DNA from: Candidatus Latescibacterota bacterium
GTDB taxonomy: Bacteria; Krumholzibacteriota; Krumholzibacteriia; WVZY01; JAKEHA01
Assembly (NCBI GenBank): GCA_963707635.1
Contig: OY970173.1
Coordinates: forward strand, 1,696,001-1,760,000
Direction of reading: 5' to 3'
DNA length: 64,000 nt
The translations under genes and the position numbers were made by a program. The notes under the pieces were generated by a model. That model had not been told where the DNA came from. It ran no database searches and saw only the letters and a program-made list of their open reading frames with translations. Below, in pieces: positions 42,495 through 53,283 of the stretch (the stretch's first letter is position 1; each line of letters starts with the position of its first letter).

Positions 42495-43951
42495 GCCTCG
42501 CCGCCCTTTCGATCGCCCAGCTGCGTACGCGCCTGGCGGCGGGCGAGGTGAGCCCGGTCGAGGTGTGCGACGACGCGCTCGCCACCATCGCCGCGCGCGA
42601 CGGCGGTATCCACGCGTTCCTCGACGTGCACGCCGAGGCAGCCCGGCGCCGGGCGAAGGAGCTCACGGCGTCGGGCGAGTTTCGCCGCCTGCCGCTGGGC
42701 GGCATCCCGGTTGCGATCAAGGACAACATCTGCATCCAGGGGACGCGCACCACCTGCGGGTCGAAGATCCTGGGGGACTACCGTCCGCCCTACACCGCCA
42801 CCGTCATCGAGCGCCTGCGCGCCGCCGGCGCCGTCGTGGTCGGCAAGACCAACCTCGACGAGTTCGCGATGGGCTCGTCCACGGAGAATTCCGCGTTCGG
42901 TCCGACGTGCAACCCGTGGGATCTCTCCCGCGCTCCCGGCGGCTCCAGCGGCGGCTCGGCTGCGGCGGTTGCGTCGGGTATGGCAGCCGCGGCGCTCGGG
43001 AGCGACACCGGTGGGTCGATCCGTCAGCCCGCGAGCTTCTGCGGCGTACTCGGTGTGAAGCCGACGTACGGGAGAGTCTCGCGCTACGGGCTGGTGGCGT
43101 TCGCCAGCTCGCTCGACCAGATCGGCCCGTTTACGCGCACGGTGGAAGACGCCGCGCTCATGCTGAACGCGATGTGCGGGAAGGACCCGCGCGACGCCAC
43201 CAGCGCCAACGCACCCGTGCCCGATTTCACCGCCCTGCTGGGCGAAGGCTTGCGCGGCCTCAAAGTCGGCGTGCCGTGGGCGTTTCTCGGCGCCCACATC
43301 GACCCGGCGGTGCGCGCGGCGTTCGACACGATCGTGGACGCGGTGCGACGCCAAGGCGCGGCGGTCGAAGAGGTGGCGCTTCCACACGCGGACTACGGCC
43401 TCGCGGCCTACTACATCGTCGCCAACGCGGAGGCGAGCGCCAACCTGGCCCGCTTCGACGGAGTGCGCTACGGGCACCGCGCGCCGGAGGCGAAGAGCCT
43501 CTACGACATGTACACGCACACGCGCCGCGAAGGGTTCGGCGCGGAGGTCAAGCGGCGTGTGTTCCTGGGGACGTACGTGTTGAGCGCCGGATACTACGAC
43601 GCGTACTACCATCGCGCGCTCCAGGTGCGCACGCTGATCATCCGGGATTTCGCCGCCGCGTTCGAGCGCTGCGACGTGGTCATGCTGCCGACGGCGCCGA
43701 CGCCCGCGTTCGCGCTGGGCGAGAAGACCGACGATCCCATTCTCATGTACCTGAACGACGTGTTCACGATTCCCGTGAATCTCGCGGGCCTGCCGGGGCT
43801 GTCGCTTCCGGCCGCGAAGTCGCCCGAAGGGCTCCCGATCGGCGTCCAGCTGATCGGGCGCGCATTCGACGAGGCCACCCTGCTGCGCGCGGCAGCCGGG
43901 GTGGAACGGGTCGCGGAGTTTCCGACCGGCGCGGTGGCGCCGGCGAAGTAG
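42491..43951 (+). CDS. gatA: Asp/Glu-tRNA amidotransferase subunit A
   Basis: GTG overlapping the gatC stop; KDN, GKTNLDEFAMGSSTE, GGSSGGSA, SDTGGSIRQP, SAGYYDAYY. Confidence 0.97.
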   Translation: MSLAALSIAQLRTRLAAGEVSPVEVCDDALATIAARDGGIHAFLDVHAEAARRRAKELTASGEFRRLPLGGIPVAIKDNICIQGTRTTCGSKILGDYRPPYTATVIERLRAAGAVVVGKTNLDEFAMGSSTENSAFGPTCNPWDLSRAPGGSSGGSAAAVASGMAAAALGSDTGGSIRQPASFCGVLGVKPTYGRVSRYGLVAFASSLDQIGPFTRTVEDAALMLNAMCGKDPRDATSANAPVPDFTALLGEGLRGLKVGVPWAFLGAHIDPAVRAAFDTIVDAVRRQGAAVEEVALPHADYGLAAYYIVANAEASANLARFDGVRYGHRAPEAKSLYDMYTHTRREGFGAEVKRRVFLGTYVLSAGYYDAYYHRALQVRTLIIRDFAAAFERCDVVMLPTAPTPAFALGEKTDDPILMYLNDVFTIPVNLAGLPGLSLPAAKSPEGLPIGVQLIGRAFDEATLLRAAAGVERVAEFPTGAVAPAK

Positions 43952-43960
43952 GGCAAAGAC

Positions 43961-45394
43961 GTGTCGCGCTACGAAGCGGTTATTGGTCTCGAAGTCCACG
44001 CGCAACTCCTCACCCGGAGTAAGATGTTCTGCGGGTGCTCGGCGGCGTTTGGCGGCTCGCCCAACACCCATGTCTGTCCCGTGTGCCTCGGGCTTCCCGG
44101 CGCGCTGCCGGTGGCGAACGCCCGCGCGGTCGAGTTCGCGGTGCGCATGGGCCTCGCCACCGGGTGCGAAATTGCAAACGAGAGCATTTTCGCGCGCAAG
44201 AACTACTTCTATCCCGACTGCCCGAAGAACTATCAGATTTCGCAGTTCGATACGCCGCTGTGCGCGCACGGACACCTCGACCTCGACGGCGGTACCAAGC
44301 GCATCCGCATCCGTCGCGTGCACCTCGAAGAGGACGCCGGCAAGCTCGTCCACGTGGACGGCACCGACTCCAGCCTGGTCGACATGAACCGCAGCGGTGT
44401 CCCGCTGATCGAAATCGTGAGCGAACCCGATATTCGCACGCCCCACGAGGCGAGCCAGTACCTGCAGAAGCTGCGCGCGCTGGTCCGCTACCTGGAGATC
44501 TGCGACGGCAACATGGAAGAGGGAAGCCTGCGCTGCGACGTGAACGTCTCGCTGCGCAGGACCGGCGCGGCCGAGCTCGGGGTCAAGACCGAGGTCAAGA
44601 ATCTCAATTCGTTCAAGCAGGTGGAGCAGGCGCTCGAGTTCGAGTTCGAGCGGCAGGCGAAGATCCTCGACGAGGGAGGACGCGTCAGCCAGGACACGCT
44701 CTTGTGGGACCCGGCGCACGGACGCGCGGCGGTGATGCGCAGCAAGGAAGAGGCGCACGACTACCGGTACTTCCCGGAGCCGGACCTGCGCGTGCTGCGC
44801 GTGGACGAATCGACCGTCGCGCGCGTGCGCGGCGATCTTCCCGAGCTCCCGGCCGCGAAGCGGTCGCGCTTCGAGTCGCAGTACCACCTCCCCGCCTACG
44901 ACGCCGGCGTTCTCACCGGCTCGCGCGACCTGGCGGACTACTATGAGGAAGTGGTGGCGGCGGGCGCCGATCCGAAGGCCGCGAGTAACTGGGTGATGGG
45001 GGAAGTGTTGCGCGAGTTGAACGAACGCAAGCTGGAGATCCGGGACCTGTCGCTCGGCGCGCGCAGTCTTGCCGAACTCGCGGTCCTGCAGGCGACGGGG
45101 CGAGTGAATTCGTCGACGGCCAAGGAAGTGTTCCAGGAGATGCTGAGCAGCAGGAAGAGCGCGGCGGCCATTGTCGCCGAGCGCGGCCTCGAGCAGGTCA
45201 ACGACGACGACACCATCAAGACAGAAGCCCGCGCGGTTCTCGACGAGAACCCCGACGAAGTGGCCCGCTACCTCGCCGGCAAAGAGCAGCTGCTCCAGTT
45301 CTTCGTCGGCCAGCTCATGAAACGTACGCGTGGCAAGGCGAACCCGAAGATCGCCACGGAGATCGTGAAGGCACTGCTCTCGGAGCGGCGATAG
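43961..45394 (+). CDS. gatB: Asp/Glu-tRNA amidotransferase subunit B
   Basis: IGLEVHAQL, RKNYFYPD, HLEEDAGK, EEGSLRCDVN, YRYFPEPDL. Confidence 0.98.
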   Translation: MSRYEAVIGLEVHAQLLTRSKMFCGCSAAFGGSPNTHVCPVCLGLPGALPVANARAVEFAVRMGLATGCEIANESIFARKNYFYPDCPKNYQISQFDTPLCAHGHLDLDGGTKRIRIRRVHLEEDAGKLVHVDGTDSSLVDMNRSGVPLIEIVSEPDIRTPHEASQYLQKLRALVRYLEICDGNMEEGSLRCDVNVSLRRTGAAELGVKTEVKNLNSFKQVEQALEFEFERQAKILDEGGRVSQDTLLWDPAHGRAAVMRSKEEAHDYRYFPEPDLRVLRVDESTVARVRGDLPELPAAKRSRFESQYHLPAYDAGVLTGSRDLADYYEEVVAAGADPKAASNWVMGEVLRELNERKLEIRDLSLGARSLAELAVLQATGRVNSSTAKEVFQEMLSSRKSAAAIVAERGLEQVNDDDTIKTEARAVLDENPDEVARYLAGKEQLLQFFVGQLMKRTRGKANPKIATEIVKALLSERR

Positions 45395-45415
45395 CCCTCA
45401 CGGCGGAGGCCTCGA

Positions 45416-45914
45416 ATGAGCACGACAGAGAGCTTCGTCCGACAGCAGGGATTCGACGGACAGCCCCCAGACCTGCACGTCCCGATACCCGGCCTTGATG
45501 TGGCAGCCGCGCGTGATCGGGATACTGGTCCTGATTGGTCTGGTGCTTCAGTCCGCGCTCTACTTTCTGGCTCTCGGTGCAATCCTGTGGTGGAACGCGC
45601 TCTTGCCGACGCCTGAATCTATTTGACGCGCTGTACAATCGCCTGGTGGCGCGGCCGAAGGGACTGCTGCAGCTGAGCCCGGCTCCCGGACCCCGCCGCT
45701 TTTCGCAAGGCATGGCGGGAACGTTCATGCTCACGATCGGGCTCGTCGCTTCATTTCGGCGGAGAACACGCTGGCGTGGGTCTTCGAGGGGCTGCTGGTC
45801 GTTGCGCTCGCGGCGCTGGTCTTTGGCCGTTTTTGCGCGGGTTCGTATGTCTTTCTGCTTCTCACCGGACAGCTCGGTTCGGCGAAGCGAATGGAAAGCG
45901 AAACGAAAGGATGA
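45416..45914 (+). pseudogene. DUF4395-like membrane protein split by at least three frame changes (pseudogene or sequencing errors)
   Basis: Joining frames gives MSTTESFVRQQGF.. / RYPALMWQPRVIG...WWNALLP / RLNLFDALYNRLVA...PRRFSQGMAG / LAWVFEGLLVVALAALVFGRFCAGSYVF; P.RF.Q and FC.G are DUF4395-type motifs. Confidence 0.65.
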
Positions 45915-45920
45915 CGGACG

Positions 45921-46946
45921 ATGATGACCCGTCGTAGCAAGGCTCTGCTCCTGGTGCCGATGGTGCTCGTATTGGGAGTGCGCGTCCGAGGCGAAGGATC
46001 GACCCTCCCATCATTGATATGCACCTCCACGCGCTTGCGGCCGATGAGACAGGGACCGCCGCCGGTTGGGATCTGCGCCCCGTTCGAAGAGATTCCGACG
46101 TGGGACCCGTCGCGGCCCTGGGGCGAAGCGTTCATGGCAATCACCAGGCAGCCCCCGTGCAAGGATCCGATCTGGTCGCCGATGACAGATGAGTTGTTAA
46201 TGACGCAGACGATCGAGGTCATGAAGAGATGGAACATTGTCGGCGTCCTCGGCGGCACGCCGGAACGGGTGGCCACGTGGATGAAAGCGGCCCCGGGATT
46301 GTTTTTTCCAGGCTGCGACTTCGTGCTCGGTCCCGATGCGCCGTCGCCTGACTCATTGCGGGCCTTGCACAGCGCCGGCCGGCTCGCGGTGCTCGCAGAA
46401 GTCATGAACCAGTACGACGGCATCGCTCCGGGCGACGAGCGGATGGAGCCGTACTGGGCGCTTGCGGAGGAGTTGGACATTCCGGTGGGCATCCACGTCG
46501 GCCCCGGCCCGCCGGGCGTGATCTATCTCGGCGCGACCGGCTACCGTGCCAGCGCCAGCAGCGCATTGACGCTGGAGGACGTGCTCGCGCGCCACCCGCG
46601 CCTGCGCGTGTACATCATGCACGCCGGTTTCCCCATGCTCGACGACCTCCTCGCCGTGTTGTACGCGCACCCGCAGGTGTACGTGGACGTGGGGGTCATT
46701 GTGTTCACCGCGCCTCGGGCCATGTTCTACCGCTACCTCCAGGACATCATGGACGCGGGATTCGGGAAGCGAGTGATGTTCGGTTCGGACCAGATGGTGT
46801 GGCCGGAGGCGATCGAACGGTCGATTGCGACCATCGAGGAGGCGCCCTTCCTGAGCAAGAGCCAGAAACGCGACATCTTCTATAGCAACGCGGCTCGCTT
46901 CCTGCGGCTCAGCCCCGAAGCGATCGCGGAGCATCACCAGCAGTGA
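45921..46946 (+). CDS. Secreted amidohydrolase family protein with a short internally mis-framed segment
   Basis: PVGIH.G, IMHAG.P, VMFGSD, NAARFL; the metal motif IIDMHLH is present at 46010-46030 in another frame. Confidence 0.85.
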   Translation: MMTRRSKALLLVPMVLVLGVRVRGEGSTLPSLICTSTRLRPMRQGPPPVGICAPFEEIPTWDPSRPWGEAFMAITRQPPCKDPIWSPMTDELLMTQTIEVMKRWNIVGVLGGTPERVATWMKAAPGLFFPGCDFVLGPDAPSPDSLRALHSAGRLAVLAEVMNQYDGIAPGDERMEPYWALAEELDIPVGIHVGPGPPGVIYLGATGYRASASSALTLEDVLARHPRLRVYIMHAGFPMLDDLLAVLYAHPQVYVDVGVIVFTAPRAMFYRYLQDIMDAGFGKRVMFGSDQMVWPEAIERSIATIEEAPFLSKSQKRDIFYSNAARFLRLSPEAIAEHHQQ

Positions 46947-48491
46947 GAACCAGAGCTCGGGTTGCCGCTTGCGCTGCTATCCTGGCCGGCCTCGCGCTGG
47001 TCATACCGGCTCGGACCGCTTCGAGCCAGGAGAGCAAGCGATCTGAAGGCGACGCGTCTCGAAGCCGGCACACAACGCTGGCCGACGCCGCTGCGCGCCA
47101 GCGCTTCCTGGAGAGGTTCGCCCGGGCATACTTTCCCGGGCGGACAGGACAACTTATGTTCGTCCCGCGAGAGGGGGACTTCATCACGCGGCCTGACCCG
47201 GACGTGGCATTCATGCACGGTTCGCCGTGGGCGTATGACGTCTCGATTCCGTTGATGTTCGTGGGCCCTGCAGTGAGGCGGGGAGTGTACACGGTGCCGG
47301 TTGTGCAGCAGGACGTTGCGCCCACACTGGCAACCGCGCTTGGCGTCTCCATGCCCCCGACCGCGACCGGCCTCGTATTGCCGGTTTTCCGCGCCGGTTT
47401 TGCTCGACCGCGAGTCGTCATGCTGCTCGTCCTGGATGGCATGCGCCGGGATTACTTCGACCGTTACCAGGCAGTCCATGCCAACGCTCGACGCCATGCG
47501 CCGGCGCGGTGCCTGGTTCAACCAGGCGCGGGTTAACGTTCTCCCGAGCAACACGGCGGTTGGGCACTCGACCATCTCCACGGGAGCCGATCCCCGCGTG
47601 CACGGAATCACCGGCGTCAGCGTGTACGACCGCGTGCACCGCGAGCGCCACGACATGTTCGCCGGAGGGACGCCGCACGACTTGATGGCATTGACGCTGG
47701 CGGACGTCTGGCAGCTCGCGACGGCCGGCCGCGCGATCATACTGGCGCAGGGCAGCATCGACCGAGCCGCGACGCCGCTCGCGGGGCATGGGGCGTGTCA
47801 GCTGAATGGAACGCCGATCGTGCTCGCCTACTACGATCAGCGGACGGGTGAGTGGAACACGAACCCCGACTGTTTCCGCCTGCCTCCATATCTGAAGGAT
47901 CGAAATTCGAAGACACTGTGGCCTGCCGACGGAGAATGGATGGGCCACAAGATCGACTCACCCATCGCGGTGCGCTATTCGGCTCTGTTTCCCGCCTTCG
48001 AAGCCGATGCAACGATCGCGATGATTGAGCGCGAGCCCGTGGGCGAAGACGATGTGACGGATCTTATCTTGCTCAACTACAAGTGCGCGGACTTCGTGGG
48101 CCACAAGTACGGCCCGGATTCAGATGAGCTCCGCGCCACCCTCGGCGAAATCGACCGGCAGCTGGTGCGGGTGCTGAGCGCACTGGAGGCAAAGGTTGGC
48201 AGTGATTATCTCCTCGCCGTGACCGCGGACCATGGCATGCCGTCGGAGCCGTCGTCGCCGGACCGGCGGCACTTCGCGCCGTCGATCGTGGACCTGTTGC
48301 ACGAGAAGTTCGATCCGGACGCGAAGCAGCTGATCACCTCGTTCGAAGTGGAAAACTGCCAGATCTACGTCGATATGAACCGACTGTCGGTTCTCGGCCT
48401 GACGTTGCGCGACCTGGCCCACTTCCTCGAGTCGCAGCCATTCCTGTTCGCGGTGTTCACCGAAGACGACGTGCGCCGACTTGCCTGGTAA
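46943..48491 (+). CDS. Alkaline phosphatase/NPP superfamily (PafA-like) enzyme, circularly permuted; frameshift near 47474
   Basis: MHGSPWAYD and DVAPTLA precede LVLDGMR, PSNTAVGHSTISTG, DFVGH and TADHG; two ORFs join on removing one base. Confidence 0.82.
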
Positions 48492-48556
48492 CGCGGTGGA
48501 CGCACTGACAACCGCGTAACCCGCTTCAAAAAATTCCGTCTTGAGCACCGAGTTCC

Positions 48557-48586
48557 TTGAACTCCACGCCGCACGCGTGCTATCGT
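48557..48586 (+). promoter_or_regulatory. Putative promoter for the lamin-tail protein gene
   Basis: TTGAAC, 18 nt, TG-C-TATCGT extended -10. Confidence 0.45.
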
Positions 48587-48650
48587 GCCGCTCGTTCGAT
48601 CCCGCCATTCCACCGGCAACGAATGGGGACGATGGGAGGAGGATGTGAGG

Positions 48651-49280
48651 ATGAAGTACGTTGCCTTTTTTCTTTGTGGGGTTCTTTTCCTGATGACGCT
48701 GGCGAGCGCCGGCGTTGCCCAGGTCCGCTTGAACGAGATTCTCGCCGACCCCGGCACCGACTGGAACGGTGACGGGACCGTCGATTCGAAGCTCGACGAG
48801 TGGATCGAGATCGCCAACATCGGTACGTCCGCGATCGACCTCGCGAACTATCGCCTCTCCGATGCGTCGGCGGGCACCACGTTTCGATTCGCCCTGTCGG
48901 GAACCCTCGCCCCGGGTCAGGTACGCGTGTACTTCGGCTCGGACGCGGTGGCCTGGCAGGCGGCGAGCGGCATCGGCCAGCTGGGGTTCAGTCTCAACAA
49001 CGCGGGCGATTCCGTGTTCCTCTACGAAGTCGACGGCGCCGAGGCGAACGTGGCCGACTCGCGCACCTACGCGGCGGCGGAAGTGCTCGACGATCGCTCC
49101 AACGGCCGCAACCCGAGCGGGAGCGGCGACTGGGTGATCTTCGACGGGCTCAACCCGTACAAGGGGGCGCAGCCCCCGGTCGCGACGGGTTGTGCGCCGA
49201 CGCCCGGGTCGACGGCCGCGTGTCCGACGGCGACGCAGGCGTCCACGTGGGGGCGCGTGAAGTCGCTGTACCGTAGCTAG
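48651..49280 (+). CDS. Secreted lamin-tail-domain protein with C-terminal TWGxxKxLY tail
   Basis: Signal peptide; LNEILADP..D.NGDG..DEWIEI.N, L.N.GD.V.L, PTPG; ends STWGRVKSLYRS. Confidence 0.88.
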   Translation: MKYVAFFLCGVLFLMTLASAGVAQVRLNEILADPGTDWNGDGTVDSKLDEWIEIANIGTSAIDLANYRLSDASAGTTFRFALSGTLAPGQVRVYFGSDAVAWQAASGIGQLGFSLNNAGDSVFLYEVDGAEANVADSRTYAAAEVLDDRSNGRNPSGSGDWVIFDGLNPYKGAQPPVATGCAPTPGSTAACPTATQASTWGRVKSLYRS

Positions 49281-49341
49281 AGCCAATCAACGTTTCAATG
49301 TAACCGGTCCCCAGCGTTGCCGGTGGAGGGTGGGATCGGCG

Positions 49342-49371
49342 TTGACAGGCCCGCGCGTGATGGAGTAACTT
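49342..49371 (+). promoter_or_regulatory. Putative sigma70 promoter for the meaB operon
   Basis: TTGACA, 18 nt, TAACTT; -10 lies within inverted repeat GATGGA-N6-TCCATC. Confidence 0.55.
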
Positions 49372-49382
49372 CCATCCCGATA

Positions 49383-50352
49383 ATGAGTTCTAACGATCTA
49401 ATCCAGCGCTTTCTGGCCGGGGAGGTGCTCGCGGCGGCGCGGGTCCTCTCGATTGTCGAGCGCGGGGGGGGCGATGCGGAGCGCGTGCTCGACGCGCTCT
49501 TTCCGCGCACCGGCCGGGCCTACCGCGTCGCCGTGACTGGCGCCGGCGGGGCCGGAAAGAGCACGCTCGCCAACGCGCTGACCCGCCGGTTTCGCGCGAA
49601 AGCAGTCACAGTCGGCGTCGTCGCGGAGGATCCGTCGAGCCCGTTCTCGGGCGGCGCCGTGCTCGGGGACCGGGTGCGCATGACGAACGCGGTCGGCGAT
49701 GCCGGCGTGTTCGTTCGCTCGATCGCGAGCCGCGGGAGCGAATCGGGACTCTCCGCCCTGGCCTGCGAGCTGGCCGACGTCCTCGACGCGTTCGGCCGCG
49801 ACGTCATTCTGCTGGAGTCGATGGGCGTGGGGCAGGTCGAGACCCGGATTCGTTTCACCGCTGACACTGTGATCGTGGTTCTCACGCCGGAGGGCGGCGA
49901 CGAAGTGCAGAGCCTCAAGGCCGGGCTGCTCGAAGTGGCCGACGTGATCGTGGTGAACAAGTCCGACCGGCCCGGCGCCGACGAATTCGCGGCCGACTTG
50001 ACGGCGATGGTGGGGCTGCGCGACGCGAGCGCCGACGGCTGGACGGTGCCGGTGGTGTCGACCACCGCGCGGCGCGACGAGACCCTGGACGCGCTCGCCG
50101 AAACCATCGCGCGACACCGCGCGCATATCGATGCCAACGGCCGCCGCGATGCGCGCCGGCGCGAGGCGCTGCGCGCGCGTATCCGCCTCCTGCGTAGAAG
50201 AAGACCTGCGGGCGTCCACGCGCCAAAGCGCTACCCTGCGCGATCGGTTTGATGGTATCTTTGAACGCGTGACCGCCGGTGCGATTTCCCCCTATCGGGC
50301 CGCGCGGGAACTGGGCGAGTTCTTGAAGGCAGAGGTCCGCGCGTCGCGGTGA
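49383..50352 (+). CDS. meaB: Methylmalonyl-CoA mutase-associated GTPase MeaB; frameshift near 50193
   Basis: [33 protein letters not shown]-terminal ...SPYRAARE continues in the next frame. Confidence 0.9.
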
Positions 50353-50356
50353 ACCC

Positions 50357-50770
50357 ATGAATCGACCGATCAAGGTGCTCATCGCCAAGCCCGGCCTGGA
50401 CGGGCACGACCGCGGGGCCAAAGTGATCGCCAATGCGCTACGCGACGCCGGCATGGAAGTCGTCTACACCGGACTGCACCAGACCCCGGAGATGATCGTG
50501 GAGGCGGCGGTTCAGGAAGACGTCGACGTGGTGTCGGTGAGCATTCTCTCCGGAGCGCACATGACGCTCATCCCGAGGATTCGCGAATTGATGAACGCCG
50601 CGGGGCTGGGGGAAGTAAAACTGATCGCCGGCGGCATCATCCCCGAAGCCGACGCTACCGCTCTCAAGCAGCTCCCGGGCGTGGCCGCGATATTCGGACC
50701 CGGAACGCGCACGCAGGATGCGGTCGCGTTCATCGCGGGGTTGTTCCGCGACCGGGCGGCGCGGGCCTAG
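50357..50770 (+). CDS. Cobalamin-binding small subunit of an acyl-CoA mutase
   Basis: [12 protein letters not shown] (DxHxxG), S.LSGAH, GGIIP, FGPGT. Confidence 0.95.
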   Translation: MNRPIKVLIAKPGLDGHDRGAKVIANALRDAGMEVVYTGLHQTPEMIVEAAVQEDVDVVSVSILSGAHMTLIPRIRELMNAAGLGEVKLIAGGIIPEADATALKQLPGVAAIFGPGTRTQDAVAFIAGLFRDRAARA

Positions 50771-50807
50771 CCGAGCGCTGCACCCAACCAGACGATTTTG
50801 GAGTGAA

Positions 50808-51957
50808 ATGAACCCGCTGGTACTGACCGAAGAACAGCAGATGATTCAGGAGACCGCGCGGCGCTTCGCCGACACGGAGCTCGCCCCGCACGCTTCCGAG
50901 CTGGACCAGACGAGCGAGTTCCCGGTCGAGCGCTTCGCCATGATGGGCGAGCTCGGATTCATGGGGCTGGTGGTCCCCGTCGAGTACGGCGGCACCGGGA
51001 CCGACACCGTCTCGTATGCGATCGTGATCGAAGAGCTGGCGCGCGGGTGCGGCTCGACCGCACTCGGCGTGGCGGCGCACAACTCGCTTGCGTGCGGCCC
51101 CATCACCATGATGGGCAGCGAGGCGCAGAAGCGGCGCTACCTGCCGGAGCTGGCCAGCGGAAAAGCGATCGGGGCCTTCTGCCTCACCGAACCGCAGGCG
51201 GGAAGCGACGCCGCCAACACCCGGACCACGGCGGTGCGCAAGGGCGACAAGTATGTCCTCAACGGCACCAAGGTCTACGTCACCAACGGCGGGTGGGCGC
51301 GCTACCTGGTCGCCACCGCCGTGACCGACCCGTCGGCGGGTGCCGAAGGGCATCAGCGCATTCATCATCGAGAACGACTTTCCCGGGTTCGTCGTGGGGA
51401 CGAAGGAGAAGAAGCTGGGCCTGCGCGCGTCGGGCACCTTCGAGATCGTGTTCGACAACTGCGAGGTGCCGCGCGAGAACCTGCTGGGCGAAGAGGGCGG
51501 CGGTTTTCGCACCTTCATGAAGACACTCGAGGGCGGGCGCATCTCGATCGGGGCCTTCGCGCTGGGACTCGCGCGGGCCGCGATGGAGGCGGCGCTCTCG
51601 TTCGGGCGCGACCGCAAACAGTTCGATACCCGGATCGTCGATTTCCAGGCCACCCAGATGAAGATCGCCGACATGGCCACCGAGATCCACGCGGCGCGAT
51701 TGCTCATCCACGACGCCGCGCGCCGCAAGGACGCGGGCGAGGATTTCGCCCGCTACGCGTCGATGTGCAAGCTGTTCGCGTCCGAGATGGCGATGCGCGT
51801 CACCAACCAGGCCATCCAGATCCACGGCGGCTACGGCTACTGCCGCGAGTACCACGTGGAGCGCTATTATCGCGACGCCAAGCTCGCCGAGATCGGCGAG
51901 GGCACCAGCGAGATCCAGCGGATCATCATTGCGCGCAGCATCCTCAACGAACTTTGA
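50808..51957 (+). CDS. Acyl-CoA dehydrogenase (short/branched-chain type); frameshift near 51342
   Basis: [19 protein letters not shown] / [31 protein letters not shown]. Confidence 0.92.
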
Positions 51958-51977
51958 TAGAGGGAGACCACATCAGT

Positions 51978-53160
<1,183 letters not shown>

Positions 53161-53165
53161 TACCC

Positions 53166-53259
53166 GGGCCGCCGCGCAAGGTCCTCCGCTCATGCACTTC
53201 GCGCGCAATAGTTGAAAGCGCGCGTCGTGAAATCGCGTCGGACGCTTGCGCGGCGTCCC
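53166..53259 (+). other. Structured intercistronic element (long closing stem plus internal hairpin)
   Basis: CGCCGCGCAAG (53170-53180) pairs with CTTGCGCGGCG (53245-53255); internal CGCGCGC/GCGCGCG arms. Confidence 0.45.
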
Positions 53260-53283
53260 TGTCTTTGAAGCGGAAGGCCAAAC

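Noticed and set aside
48755..48800. DWNGDGTVD as a dockerin partner for the cohesin-like lipoprotein
   Set aside because: Single copy at the position where lamin-tail domains commonly carry a DxNGDG loop; dockerins need a duplicated motif
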